DNA from: Gammaproteobacteria bacterium
GTDB lineage: Bacteria; Pseudomonadota; Gammaproteobacteria; SURF-13
Direction: 5' to 3'
Assembly: GCA_038924245.1 (NCBI GenBank)
Contig: JBCKVB010000005.1
Span: 1-53,839 of the forward strand
DNA: 53,839 nucleotides
Positions within the stretch are counted from its first letter, which is position 1; each line of letters begins with the position of its first letter. A model generated the notes under the pieces. The model worked only from the letters and a program-made list of their open reading frames with translations. It did not search any database and had not been told where the DNA came from. A program made the position numbers and the translations under genes. This document shows, one piece after another, positions 22,142 to 32,068 of the stretch.

Positions 22142-22918
22142 ATGCCGGGCGAGCGTATAACGCTTGCCGGATTCCAGCAGCATACCGCGCGTGCTATGCA
22201 GCAGCGGTTCGATGACGTCGCGCAGCTCTTGCGCATATTGCGGTTTGAGGTGCGAAATCCAGAGTTCCGGCATGGGCGAGAACAACGCGAGGTCGCGCCT
22301 CAGCATCGACGGCGTCATGTGTCCGGTGATGTGCGCGAGTTCCTCCAGATGGTCCGGATAAGACAGTTCGCAAATCAGTATGTCCAGCGGACCCGCCTCG
22401 GCAAGATGGCGCAGCGAACGCGTGTCGCCGGTGAAGGCCGCGCGGACGCCGTCGCGCGCGAGAATATAGGATAGCCCCGGCACGGTGTGATCCATGGGCA
22501 CGCCGGTGATGTGCCAGCCGTCGATCTCGATGGTTTCGTGTTCCGCGAGTTCCTGAAAACGCACCAACATATTTTCCGGCTGTTCAAACAGCGGCAGCTC
22601 GGAGAAGTCGGGATAAATCTGCCAGTTGAAGACATGCTGTTTGAGGGCGGCCAGGGTCTCGGCGCGCGCATAAAGCGTCACCGGCAGTGTGCGCGCGAGA
22701 TAAATGCGCTCCAGAAACAGCGGCAGCAGCGCGATGTGATCCTGGTGCGAGTGGGTAAGGAACACATGATCGATTTTCAGCATGGCTTCGGCGGAGAGCG
22801 TGCCCAGCCCGGTGCCGCAATCGATGAGGATGGTGTCGCCGAGGCGGAACGAGGTGGTAAAGAGATTGTCGCCGACGCCGCCGCTGCAACCCAGGATATG
22901 CAACGTAGATTTCTTCAT
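22139..22918 (-). CDS. Metallo-beta-lactamase-fold cyclic nucleotide phosphodiesterase (class II-like)
   Basis: LGCSGG, LIDCGTG, THSHQDH (HxHxDH), HTVP, FTGDT, HMTP, SHLKP; convergent with the cyclase; start ATG 22918. Confidence 0.8.
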   Translation of the reverse strand: MKKSTLHILGCSGGVGDNLFTTSFRLGDTILIDCGTGLGTLSAEAMLKIDHVFLTHSHQDHIALLPLFLERIYLARTLPVTLYARAETLAALKQHVFNWQIYPDFSELPLFEQPENMLVRFQELAEHETIEIDGWHITGVPMDHTVPGLSYILARDGVRAAFTGDTRSLRHLAEAGPLDILICELSYPDHLEELAHITGHMTPSMLRRDLALFSPMPELWISHLKPQYAQELRDVIEPLLHSTRGMLLESGKRYTLARH

Positions 22919-23186
22919 GCCCGCATTCTGCCGTGTCTTGCTGGTGGCAACGGCTGGCCGCCGGTTTTGCCACCCTTCAACCGGTAGACCACACCGCCCG
23001 CATAATGCACCATCTCGAACGCTCCGCAAAGATTGGCGATGGCCTCGGACGAGCCGAGGATCAAATGGCCGCCGGGGTTCAGCGCCTGCGCCAGCCGGCC
23101 CAGTATGTCACGCCTGAGTTCCGCCGCGAAATAGATTAGCACGTTGCGGCAGAAGATCACGTCGAACTTCCCGAGCGCGGCATATA
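22915..23186 (-). pseudogene. cheR: C-terminal fragment of chemotaxis methyltransferase CheR
   Basis: LGKFDVIFCRNVLIYF...LNPGGHLILGSSE. The 5' part is replaced by the yhdP duplicate; the stop overlaps the phosphodiesterase start (ATGA). Confidence 0.85.
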
Positions 23187-23206
23187 GCCCTGACCCTAAA
23201 ATTAGC

Positions 23207-23537
23207 CCAATAATCTGGTCATGAATGGCCCCGCGGCGCGGATCAACGTTTCCGGGCGCACCGGCCTTGCCGCCAGGGATTACGATCAGATCGTCACCGT
23301 GACACCGGAAATCAGCGCGAGTCTGCCGCTGGCCGGGGCCTTGGGCGGTCCGGTCGGGATTGGCATCGGCACCGGCATCTACCTGTTTGAAAAGCTGTTC
23401 AAGCCGGGCATTGACGGTATCGCGCGCGTGCAATACACGGTGAAGGGTTCGTGGCAGGACCCGGTCATCGAGCCGCTCAAGTCCGGCGACAAGACGCCGG
23501 ATATACAGGCGGCGCCCGCCGGCTAAAGGGTTGCGGC
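23207..23537 (+). repeat. 331-bp direct repeat, copy 2 (duplicated yhdP 3' end)
   Basis: Identical by eye to 15919-16249; explains ORF 23221-23526. Confidence 0.95.
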
Positions 23538-23638
23538 TATCGGATATTGTGAAAATATGCTAGAATACAAGAGTATGCTAGAATACAAGAGTGTCTTGAA
23601 GTTAGACACATTGTTAAACCCGTCACTCATTTCAACAA

Positions 23639-23890
23639 CCGTTCGAGGAAATCAAATGAAACATTCGTTAGTGATTGCTGCTGCTGCGCTTGCCGTGCTG
23701 TTGGCGGCCTGCTACGGTAAAGAAGAGCAACCCGCCGCGCCTGCGGCTGAAGCCCCGGCTGTCGAAGCCCCGGCTGTCGAAGCCCCGGCTGCTGAGCCGG
23801 CGCGCCCATAACTGATTTTTCATCGCCGAGCTCCTAGGCTCCAGCAACTGCCCCTTCCCAGGGGCAGTCTGGCGCGGCGGACATGGAAGC
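23639..23890 (+). pseudogene. Degenerate partial duplicate of the 5' half of the cytochrome c lipoprotein gene
   Basis: Same RBS, signal peptide and linker as ~23901-24178; stop at 23809-23811; 15-bp tandem repeats; no heme motif. Confidence 0.75.
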
Positions 23891-23917
23891 CGCTCCCGCG
23901 CCGTTCGAGGAAATCAA

Positions 23918-24433
23918 ATGAAACATTCGTTAGTGATTGCCGCTGCGCTTGCCGTGCTGTTGGCGGCCTGCGGTAAAGAAGAGCAGCCCGCTGTCCCCGC
24001 CGCTCCCGTGGAACAAGCCGCGCCCGCGGCTGAAGCCCCTACTGCCGAAGCGCCCGCCACCGAGCCTGCCGCTGAGCCTGCCGCACCTGCTCCCGCGGAA
24101 GGCGCCCCCGCCCCGAGTTCCGAGGCTCCAGCAACTGCCCCTACCCAGGGGCAGTCTGGCGCGCCGGACATGGAAGCTGGCATGGCGCTTGCCAAGAGCA
24201 GCGGTTGCTTCGCCTGCCATCAGATTGAAGTGAAACGCGTCGGCCCGACCTGGCAAGATGTGGCCAAGAAATACCAGGGCAATGCGGACGCCAGGAAAAT
24301 ACTGGTGGAGCAGATCAAGAAGGGCGGCGTTGCGGGCTGGCAGATGGGCGTGATGCCTCCGTATTCTCCGCGCGTACCCGATGCCGATATCGAAAAGCTG
24401 GCGGAATTCATCATTGCGTTGAATAAAGGCTAA
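23918..24433 (+). CDS. Lipid-anchored monoheme cytochrome c (c551/c552-like) with long Pro/Ala/Glu linker
   Basis: Lipobox LLAAC, CFACH heme motif, VGPTW, GVMPP Met ligand. Confidence 0.88.
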   Translation: MKHSLVIAAALAVLLAACGKEEQPAVPAAPVEQAAPAAEAPTAEAPATEPAAEPAAPAPAEGAPAPSSEAPATAPTQGQSGAPDMEAGMALAKSSGCFACHQIEVKRVGPTWQDVAKKYQGNADARKILVEQIKKGGVAGWQMGVMPPYSPRVPDADIEKLAEFIIALNKG

Positions 24434-24458
24434 GCCGCAAAAATCCAGAGGCTTTTTC

Positions 24459-24488
24459 AAAGCCAGCCTGGTGCTGGCTTTTTGTTTT
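24459..24488 (+). terminator. Rho-independent terminator
   Basis: AGCCAGC-CTGGT-GCTGGCT followed by TTTTGTTTT, downstream of the cytochrome c gene. Confidence 0.7.
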
Positions 24489-24547
24489 AAGAAGCTCGCG
24501 GCAAGGCCGTAGCGAATCCATTATAATGGCTACAACACGCGAGCAGA

Positions 24548-26359
24548 GTGACAGTGGTTCCCCTCAAGTACATCCGTAACTTCTCCATCATCGCGCACAT
24601 AGATCACGGCAAGTCCACGCTCGCCGACCGTATCATCGAAATCTGCGGCGGTTTGAGCAAGCGCGAAATGTCGGAGCAGGTGCTGGATTCGATGGACCTG
24701 GAGCGCGAACGCGGCATCACCATCAAGGCCCAGGCGGTGTCGCTCACCTACCCTTCGCGCGACGGCAATACCTATCTGTTGAATTTCATTGACACCCCCG
24801 GCCACGTGGATTTTTCCTACGAGGTATCGCGCTCGCTCGCCGCGTGCGAGGGCGCGCTGCTGCTGGTGGACGCCGCGCAGGGCGTGGGCGCGCAGAGCGT
24901 GGCCAATTGCTACACCGCGCTGGAGCAGAGTCTGGAAGTGCTGCCGGTGCTGAACAAGATTGATCTCTCCACCGCCGATCCGGAGCGCGTCATCAAGGAG
25001 ATCGAAGAGGTGATCGGCATCGAGGCGCACAACGCGCTGCGCATCAGCGCGCGCACCGGCCTCGGTGTGACCGATCTGCTGGAAGAACTGATCCTGCGCA
25101 TCCCGCCGCCCAAGGGCGATGAACAGGCGCCGTTGCAGGCGCTCATCATAGATTCGTGGTTCGACAATTTTCTCGGCGTCATCATCCTGGTGCGCGTGAT
25201 GCACGGTGCGATTGCAACCAGGGACAAGATCAGGGTGATGTCCACCGGCAGAAGTCATCAGGTGGACAAGATCGGTATCTTCACGCCTAAGCGCGTGGAG
25301 ACCGGCGCGCTCAAGGCGGGCGAGGTGGGATTCGTCATCGCCGGCATCAAGGAGATCAACGGCGCGCCGGTGGGCGACACCATCACCCATGAGGGCCGCC
25401 CCGCGCCGCGGGCGCTGTCCGGCTTCAAGCCGATTCAGCCGCGCGTGTTCGCCGGGCTGTTTCCGGTGGACTCCGAGGACTACGAAGACTTCCGCGAGGC
25501 GCTGGCCAAGCTGCGCCTGAATGACGCGGCGCTGCACTACGAGCCGGAGACCTCACAGGCGCTCGGCTTCGGCTTCCGCTGCGGATTTTTGGGCCTGCTG
25601 CACATGGAGATTGTGCAGGAGCGCCTGGAGCGCGAGTATCAACTTAATCTTATTACCACCGCGCCCACCGTGATCTACGAGGTGCTGACCACGCAGGGTG
25701 AGGTGCTGCGCGTGGACAATCCCGCCAAGCTGCCCGAGGTGAGCCGCATCGCACAGACGCGCGAGCCCATCATCCGCGCCGACATGCTGCTGCCGCCGCA
25801 ATATCTGGGCGAGGTGATTAAACTGTGCGTGGAAAAACGCGGCGTGCAAAAGAACATGCAGTACCTCGGCAGCCAGGTGGCGCTCACCTATGAGCTGCCC
25901 CTGAACGAGGTGGTGATGGACTTTTTTGACCGTTTAAAATCGGTGAGCCGCGGTTACGCCTCGTTCAATTACAGCTTCGAGCGCTTTCAGCCCGCCGATC
26001 TGGTGAAGCTGGACATCCTCATCAACGGCGAGCGTGTGGATGCGCTGTCGCTCATCGTGCACCGCGAGCAGAGCTTTTACCGCGGACGCGAACTGGTGGC
26101 AAAGATGAAGGAGATCATTCCCAGGCAGATGTTCGAGGTGGCGATCCAGGCCGCCATCGGCGCGCACGTGATCGCGCGCGAGACGGTCAAGGCGCTCAGG
26201 AAAAACGTCACCGCCAAATGTTACGGCGGCGACATCTCGCGCAAGCGTAAACTGCTGGAACGGCAAAAAGAGGGCAAGAAGCGCATGAAGCAACTGGGCA
26301 AGGTGGAGATTCCGCAGGAAGCGTTTCTGGCGGTATTACAGGTGGGTAGAGGCAAATGA
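24548..26359 (+). CDS. lepA: Elongation factor 4
   Basis: [42 protein letters not shown]. Confidence 0.98.
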   Translation: MTVVPLKYIRNFSIIAHIDHGKSTLADRIIEICGGLSKREMSEQVLDSMDLERERGITIKAQAVSLTYPSRDGNTYLLNFIDTPGHVDFSYEVSRSLAACEGALLLVDAAQGVGAQSVANCYTALEQSLEVLPVLNKIDLSTADPERVIKEIEEVIGIEAHNALRISARTGLGVTDLLEELILRIPPPKGDEQAPLQALIIDSWFDNFLGVIILVRVMHGAIATRDKIRVMSTGRSHQVDKIGIFTPKRVETGALKAGEVGFVIAGIKEINGAPVGDTITHEGRPAPRALSGFKPIQPRVFAGLFPVDSEDYEDFREALAKLRLNDAALHYEPETSQALGFGFRCGFLGLLHMEIVQERLEREYQLNLITTAPTVIYEVLTTQGEVLRVDNPAKLPEVSRIAQTREPIIRADMLLPPQYLGEVIKLCVEKRGVQKNMQYLGSQVALTYELPLNEVVMDFFDRLKSVSRGYASFNYSFERFQPADLVKLDILINGERVDALSLIVHREQSFYRGRELVAKMKEIIPRQMFEVAIQAAIGAHVIARETVKALRKNVTAKCYGGDISRKRKLLERQKEGKKRMKQLGKVEIPQEAFLAVLQVGRGK

Positions 26360-27126
26360 ATTTCGCATTGTTTTTGGTGGTTGCGACCGTATTATGCGGC
26401 ATGATCTGGGCGCTGGACGCGTGGCTGTGGGCGCCCAGGCGGCGCGCGCGGGCCGCCAAGGAACCGGTATGGGTGGAGTACGCGCGCTCGCTGTTTCCGG
26501 TGTTTCTCATCGTGCTGCTGCTGCGCTCGTTTTTGATGGAGCCGTTCCGCATCCCGTCCAACTCCATGATGCCGACCTTGCTCGCCGGCGATTTTATATT
26601 GGTGAATAAATTTTCTTACGGCCTGCGCCTGCCGGTGCTGAACAGTAAATTCATTGATCTGGCCGTGCCGCGGCGCGGCGACGTGGCGGTGTTCCGTTTC
26701 CCGGAGAATCCGAAAATTGACTACATCAAGCGCGTGGTAGGCTTGCCCGGTGACCGAATTGCCTATTACCATAAGACGCTGACCGTGAACGGCAAGCCCA
26801 TGCCGCAACAGCCCATGGGGACTTACGCCGGCTATGGCGCCGGGGCGGTCATGACGGGCGCGCGGATTTTCAACGAGGAGCTGGATGGGAAGGTACATGC
26901 TATCCTGGTTCGTCCCGGCCAGTTTTCCGGCGAGGGAGAATTCACCGTCCCGGAAGGCCGCTATTTCGTGCTGGGTGACAACCGCGACCACAGTAATGAC
27001 AGCCGTTACTGGGGGACGGTTCCAGACCAGAACCTGGTGGGCAAGGCGGTCATGATCTGGATGAGCTGGGATTGGTCCGCGGACGGCGTCATCGCCTGGC
27101 GGCGTATCGGAACAAGGATAAAATAG
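26356..27126 (+). CDS. lepB: Signal peptidase I
   Basis: [39 protein letters not shown]. Confidence 0.96.
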   Translation: MNFALFLVVATVLCGMIWALDAWLWAPRRRARAAKEPVWVEYARSLFPVFLIVLLLRSFLMEPFRIPSNSMMPTLLAGDFILVNKFSYGLRLPVLNSKFIDLAVPRRGDVAVFRFPENPKIDYIKRVVGLPGDRIAYYHKTLTVNGKPMPQQPMGTYAGYGAGAVMTGARIFNEELDGKVHAILVRPGQFSGEGEFTVPEGRYFVLGDNRDHSNDSRYWGTVPDQNLVGKAVMIWMSWDWSADGVIAWRRIGTRIK

Positions 27127-27159
27127 TTGCTCAACCTTAAAATAGAGAGAGAGGCTCAC

Positions 27160-27525
27160 ATGCATAAACAACGTGGCATGAGTTTCATCAGCATCGTCTT
27201 GTTGCTTGCTTTCGTGGGTTTCTCCGCGCTGCTTAGTTTAAAGCTGCTGCCGGTATATATTGAAAGCTTCAAGGTGCAGACCGCCCTGGAGGGCTTAAAA
27301 ACCGATGCCGGGATTGTGGCCAAGGGTAAAGAGGAAGTGCTCAAGGCCCTGCAGCGGCGTTTTGACGTGGACGACGTGAAGCATGCAAACGTCAAAAACG
27401 TCGAAGTACAGCCCTATCCAGGCGGCATGCGGGTGCGGGTGGTATACGAGGTGCGTGATGAGCTGGTGGGCAATCTGGATTTCGTCGCCAAGTTCGACAA
27501 GAGCGTGGAGTTGACCGCCCGTTGA
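27160..27525 (+). CDS. DUF4845-type membrane protein
   Basis: KQRGMS followed by a hydrophobic helix; usual position between lepB and rnc. Confidence 0.8.
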   Translation: MHKQRGMSFISIVLLLAFVGFSALLSLKLLPVYIESFKVQTALEGLKTDAGIVAKGKEEVLKALQRRFDVDDVKHANVKNVEVQPYPGGMRVRVVYEVRDELVGNLDFVAKFDKSVELTAR

Positions 27526-28196
27526 CCTCGCCCCTGAGCGCGCTGTGCCGGGAATTGGATTACCGGTTTACCGAGGCGGGACTGCTGGAGGATGCGCTCA
27601 CGCATCGCAGCGCCGGGGGGGCCAATTATGAACGCCTGGAGTTTCTGGGCGACGCGGTATTGAATTTCGTCATCGCCGCCGAGCTTTACCAGCGCTACCC
27701 GCGGGCCACGGAAGGCGATTTGAGCAGGCTGCGCGCCAGCCTGGTGCGGCGCGAGACGCTGGCGCAGATCGCACAGTCCCTGCGGATGGGCGCATATTTA
27801 ACCCTGGGCTATGGCGAAATAAAAAGCGGCGGGCAGCAGCGCGAGTCCACGCTGGCGGACGCCCTGGAGGCGGTGATCGGCGCGATCTATCTCGATGGCG
27901 GTGTGGAGGCGAGCCGCAAGGTGTTGCAGTCGCTCTACCAGACGCGGCTGAGCGAGATGCCGGAGGCGGTTACGCTGAAAGACCCCAAGACCCGGTTGCA
28001 GGAATACCTCCAGTCGCGCCGGCTGCCCCCGCCGCAATACAACCTGGCGCAGGTGAGCGGTGAGGCGCACGCGCAGATGTTCAAAATAGAGTGCAGCGTG
28101 CCCGGCCTGCCAGCGGCGCAGGGCGTGGGCAGCAGCCGCAGGAAGGCGGAGCAGGAGGCGGCGCGTAAGGCGCTGGAATTGCTGCAACATGATTAA
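27522..28196 (+). CDS. rnc: Ribonuclease III
   Basis: ALTHRS, ERLEFLGDA, dsRNA-binding domain KDPKTRLQE. Confidence 0.97.
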   Translation: MTSPLSALCRELDYRFTEAGLLEDALTHRSAGGANYERLEFLGDAVLNFVIAAELYQRYPRATEGDLSRLRASLVRRETLAQIAQSLRMGAYLTLGYGEIKSGGQQRESTLADALEAVIGAIYLDGGVEASRKVLQSLYQTRLSEMPEAVTLKDPKTRLQEYLQSRRLPPPQYNLAQVSGEAHAQMFKIECSVPGLPAAQGVGSSRRKAEQEAARKALELLQHD

Positions 28197-29076
28197 GCAT
28201 CGTTGCGGCTTGGTGGCGATTGCGGGTCGGCCCAACGTAGGGAAATCCACACTGCTGAACCATCTCATCGGGCAGAAAGTCAGCATCACCTCACGCAAGC
28301 CACAGACCACGCGCCAGCGCATCCTGGGCATCAAAAGCGAGCCCGGCTTCCAGGCGATCTACGTGGACACGCCGGGATTGCATGAGCCCGGCCAGCGCGC
28401 GCTCAACCGTTATATGAACGAGAGCGCCAAAAGCGCCCTGCGCGACGTGGACGTGATCCTGTTCATGGTGGAGGGATTGCGCTGGAACGAACAGGATGAA
28501 TACGTATTGCAAACGATCAAGGCGGCGCGCGTCCCCGTGATTCTGGCAATCAACAAAGTTGACAAGATCGCCGACAAGAAAAAGCTGCTGCCACATCTTA
28601 ATGCCCTGGCGCAAAAAATGTCTTTCGCGCACATCATTCCGCTCTCGGCCAAGAGCGGTGATAATATAAGCGCACTGGAGGCGCGGGTGCACAGCCTGCT
28701 GCCGGAAGGGCCGGCGCTTTATCCCGAGGACCAAGTCACCGACCGCAGCGAGCGCTTTCTCGCCGCCGAACTGGTGCGCGAAAAACTGATACGCAGCCTG
28801 GGTGAGGAGCTGCCCTATGCCACCAGCGTTGAGGTGCAGGCGTTTTCCAGGGAAGACAAGCTGCTGCGTATCGAGGCGGTGATCTGGGTGGAACGCACGG
28901 GGCAAAAGGCGATTGTGATCGGCAAAGGCGGGACGCGCCTGAAAAGCATCGGTCAGCAGGCGCGCGTGGAGATGGAGAAGATGTTTGACGGCAAGGTATT
29001 TTTACAGCTACACGTCAAGGTCAAGGAAGGCTGGAGCGACGACCTCAAGGCCTTGGCCAGCCTGGGTTATCATTAA
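28189..29076 (+). CDS. era: GTPase Era
   Basis: GRPNVGKSTL, QTTR, DTPG, NKVD, KH domain VIGKGG. Confidence 0.97.
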   Translation: MIKHRCGLVAIAGRPNVGKSTLLNHLIGQKVSITSRKPQTTRQRILGIKSEPGFQAIYVDTPGLHEPGQRALNRYMNESAKSALRDVDVILFMVEGLRWNEQDEYVLQTIKAARVPVILAINKVDKIADKKKLLPHLNALAQKMSFAHIIPLSAKSGDNISALEARVHSLLPEGPALYPEDQVTDRSERFLAAELVREKLIRSLGEELPYATSVEVQAFSREDKLLRIEAVIWVERTGQKAIVIGKGGTRLKSIGQQARVEMEKMFDGKVFLQLHVKVKEGWSDDLKALASLGYH

Positions 29077-29090
29077 ACCTGGAAACGTTA

Positions 29091-29957
29091 ATGATCCGGG
29101 CCAATACCACACGCGTCAGCCTGCAGCCCGCTTACGTGTTGCACCATCGCCCCTACCGGGACAGCAGTTTGCTGCTGGAGATATTCACGCCGGACCATGG
29201 CCGCGTGGGTTTGGTGGCGCGCGGCGCGCGCTCGCCCAAGTCGCGCCTATACGGGGTGCTGCAACCGTTTCAGCCGCTGCTCATCTCGTGGGTGGGGCGC
29301 GGCGAACTCGCCACGCTGAGCGGCGCGGAGGCGAACGGCCCGCCGCAACGCCTGCAAGGGAAAAGCGTCATCAGCGGTTTTTATATCAATGAACTGCTGC
29401 TGCGCTTGCTGCACCGCCACGATCCGCATGCCGCGCTGTTTGACGGCTACGCCCGGACCTTGCCGCTGCTGGCGCAAGCGGTCGCTCCCGGCGTCCTCGA
29501 TCGCTGTTCCCGACGCGATTCTACCTCCTCCATCCCTGGAGTCGTGCCTCCCGCGACACTAAGCCTTCCCTGGCTGGCAGAACAGCGCGCGCTACGTATC
29601 TTTGAAAAGCATTTGTTAAAAGAGATCGGTTATGCGCTGGTGCTGGGTCACGAAGTGGAAAATGGCGCGCCCATCGAGCCGGACCAGAGGTACACTTACC
29701 GGCTGGAGCAGGGGCCGGTGCGATCCGATGGGGCAGGACACGGCATCGCGCTGCACGGTGCGAGTTTGTTGTCTCTTATGAATGAACAGTTGAGCGATGA
29801 ACAAAGTCTGCGTGAGGTTAAATCGCTGATGCGCGCCGCGCTCGCCCTGTATCTCGGCGACAAGCCGTTGCAAAGCCGCGCCTTGCTGGTCAATTTACAG
29901 AAAACCTTGAACCTGCCCAGGAGCAGCATCGCAGTGCAGGCGGTTGACGCCGCATGA
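29091..29957 (+). CDS. recO: DNA repair protein RecO (with in-frame repeat insertion)
   Basis: [29 protein letters not shown]; era-recO-pdxJ synteny. Confidence 0.95.
   Translation: MIRANTTRVSLQPAYVLHHRPYRDSSLLLEIFTPDHGRVGLVARGARSPKSRLYGVLQPFQPLLISWVGRGELATLSGAEANGPPQRLQGKSVISGFYINELLLRLLHRHDPHAALFDGYARTLPLLAQAVAPGVLDRCSRRDSTSSIPGVVPPATLSLPWLAEQRALRIFEKHLLKEIGYALVLGHEVENGAPIEPDQRYTYRLEQGPVRSDGAGHGIALHGASLLSLMNEQLSDEQSLREVKSLMRAALALYLGDKPLQSRALLVNLQKTLNLPRSSIAVQAVDAA
29480..29575 (-). repeat. Intragenic repeat family, 96-bp variant, in recO
   Basis: Read as [31 protein letters not shown]. Confidence 0.92.
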
Positions 29958-30760
29958 CGGCGCGCTCATCCATTTTGCTGGGGGTCAATATTGACCACAT
30001 CGCCACGCTGCGCCAGGCGCGCGGAACGCGCTATCCTGATCCGGTACAAGCCGCCATCGAGGCCGAGCAGGCAGGCGCGGACGCGATCACGTTACACCTG
30101 CGCGAAGACCGGCGCCACATCCAGGAGCGCGACGTGGAAATGTTGCACGGCATTTTGCAGACGCGCATGAATCTGGAGATGGCGGTGACCGAGGCGATGC
30201 TGGCGTTCGCCGCGCGCATCAAACCGCGGGACTGCTGCCTGGTGCCGGAGCGGCGCGAGGAGCTGACCACCGAAGGCGGGCTGGACGTGGCGGGCCAGCC
30301 GGAACGCATCGGCGCGGCCTGCGCGCGCTTGCGGGACGCGGGTGTGCGCGTGTCGCTGTTCATTGACGCTGATAACCATCAAGTGGATGCGGCGGCGCGC
30401 GCGGGCGCACCGGTGATTGAAATCCACACCGGCCATTATGCCGATGCGGAAGACGCAGCCCTGCGTGAGCAAGAGTTGCAGCGCATCGTGCGCGCCATGG
30501 AGCATGGAAAAAATCTCGGCCTGCAAGTCAACGCCGGACATGGCTTGAATTATCACAACGTGCAGGCCATCGCGGCCTTGCCCGGTATCAGCGAACTCAA
30601 CATCGGTCACGCCATCGTGGCGCGCGCGCTGTTCACCGGGTTCGGCGCGGCGGTGCGCGAGATGAAACAGTTGCTGCGCGACGCACAGGGAAGAGCGCCA
30701 GCGAAGGGTTCAGCGATAGCGAAGGGTTCTGCTAGTGTCGCGGGAGGCAGGACGCCGTGA
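29954..30760 (+). CDS. pdxJ: Pyridoxine 5'-phosphate synthase (repeat-derived C-terminal tail)
   Basis: [35 protein letters not shown]. Confidence 0.97.
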   Translation: MTARSSILLGVNIDHIATLRQARGTRYPDPVQAAIEAEQAGADAITLHLREDRRHIQERDVEMLHGILQTRMNLEMAVTEAMLAFAARIKPRDCCLVPERREELTTEGGLDVAGQPERIGAACARLRDAGVRVSLFIDADNHQVDAAARAGAPVIEIHTGHYADAEDAALREQELQRIVRAMEHGKNLGLQVNAGHGLNYHNVQAIAALPGISELNIGHAIVARALFTGFGAAVREMKQLLRDAQGRAPAKGSAIAKGSASVAGGRTP

Positions 30761-30766
30761 GCGACC
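30683..30766 (+). repeat. Intragenic repeat family, 84-bp variant, forming the pdxJ C-terminus and stop
   Basis: Basic unit plus two 18-bp modules; GGA changed to TGA within the repeat. Confidence 0.85.
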
Positions 30767-30776
30767 GAGGCGCGCC

Positions 30777-31166
30777 ATGACGGATAGAATCTTCGGCATC
30801 GGCACCGACATTGTGCGCGTGGCGCGCATGGAAAAAAATCTGGCGCGTTATGGCGAAAAATTCGCGCGCCGCATTCTGACCCCCTATGAGCTCGACGATT
30901 TTTCCAGGACGGAGCGCCCGGCGCATTTTCTGGCGCGGCGTTTCGCCGCCAAGGAGGCCACCGTCAAGGCGCTCGGCACCGGATTCGGGCACGGCATCAC
31001 ACCGCGGCAGATCGGCGTGGGACATGAAGACAGCGGCAAGCCGATTTTGCAATACCACGGCAAGGCGCTGGCGTTCATGAAAAAGATGGGCGTGAGCGGC
31101 GGCCACATCAGCATCGCCGACGAAGAAGATCATGCGGTGGCCTTTGTCACTTTGCTGGCGCGGTGA
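30777..31166 (+). CDS. acpS: Holo-ACP synthase
   Basis: IFGIGTDIV, RFAAKEA.VKALGTG, GKP. Confidence 0.95.
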   Translation: MTDRIFGIGTDIVRVARMEKNLARYGEKFARRILTPYELDDFSRTERPAHFLARRFAAKEATVKALGTGFGHGITPRQIGVGHEDSGKPILQYHGKALAFMKKMGVSGGHISIADEEDHAVAFVTLLAR

Positions 31167-31171
31167 CAGTC

Positions 31172-32065
31172 ATGGACTACCCCACCATCGAAGGCTTCAT
31201 CGGCAACACGCCCTTGGTGCGCTTGCAGCGCTTGCCGGGCGAGACGAGCAACGTCGTGCTGGCCAAGCTGGAGGGCAACAACCCGGCCGGTTCGGTGAAA
31301 GACCGTCCGGCGATGAGCATGATTAAACACGCCGAGGCGCGCGGCGAGATCAAACCTGGCGACACCCTGATCGAGGCCACCAGCGGCAACACCGGCATCG
31401 CGCTCGCCATGGCGGCGGCGATACGCGGCTACCGGCTGCTGCTCATCATACCGGAGCACATGAGCGTGGAGCGGCGCGCGGTGATGAAGGCATTCGGCGC
31501 CGAGATCATATCGGTCACGCGCGCGCAGAGCATGGAAGGCGCACGCGATCTTGCCCTACGCATGCAGGCCGATGGCAAGGGCCGCGTGCTCGATCAGTTC
31601 GCCAACCAGGACAATCCGCGCGCGCATTACGAGGGCACCGGGCCGGAGATATGGCGCGACACGCAAGGCGGAATCACCCACTTTGTCAGCTCCATGGGCA
31701 CCACCGGCACCATCATGGGCTGCGCGCGCTTTTTCAAGGAAAAAAATCCGGCCATACAAATCGTCGGTGTGCAGCCCAGCGAGGGTTCGCAAATCCCCGG
31801 CATCCGCCGCTGGCCGCCAGCTTACCTGCCCAGGATTTATGACCCCAAGCGCGTGGACCGCATCATGGAAGTCAGCCAGGCCGAGGCCGAGGCCACGACA
31901 CGCGAGTTGGCCGCGCGCGAGGGTATCTTCGCGGGCATCTCCTCCGGCGGCGCCGTACATGCCGCGTTGCTCCTGAGCAAGGAGGTGCGCGATGCGGTAA
32001 TCGTCACCATCGCGTGCGACCGCGGCGACCGCTATCTCTCCACCGGCGTGTTCCCGGACCATTAA
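31172..32065 (+). CDS. cysM: Cysteine synthase B
   Basis: KLEGNNPAGSVKDR, EATSGNTG, IPGIRRWP, CDRGDRYLSTG. Confidence 0.96.
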   Translation: MDYPTIEGFIGNTPLVRLQRLPGETSNVVLAKLEGNNPAGSVKDRPAMSMIKHAEARGEIKPGDTLIEATSGNTGIALAMAAAIRGYRLLLIIPEHMSVERRAVMKAFGAEIISVTRAQSMEGARDLALRMQADGKGRVLDQFANQDNPRAHYEGTGPEIWRDTQGGITHFVSSMGTTGTIMGCARFFKEKNPAIQIVGVQPSEGSQIPGIRRWPPAYLPRIYDPKRVDRIMEVSQAEAEATTRELAAREGIFAGISSGGAVHAALLLSKEVRDAVIVTIACDRGDRYLSTGVFPDH

Positions 32066-32068
32066 GAT

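Larger units (their letters stand above)
16250..23206. mobile_element. ~7-kb islet between the yhdP 3'-end direct repeats
   Basis: Bounded by 331-bp repeats; transposase remnant at the left edge, truncated cheR at the right edge; accessory cargo genes; no integrase. Confidence 0.65.

Noticed and set aside
22915-23433. 172-aa ORF as a novel fusion protein
   Set aside because: It is antisense yhdP duplicate joined by chance to the cheR fragment; no RBS or other support.
23221-23526. 101-aa ORF as an independent gene
   Set aside because: It is the duplicated yhdP 3' end.
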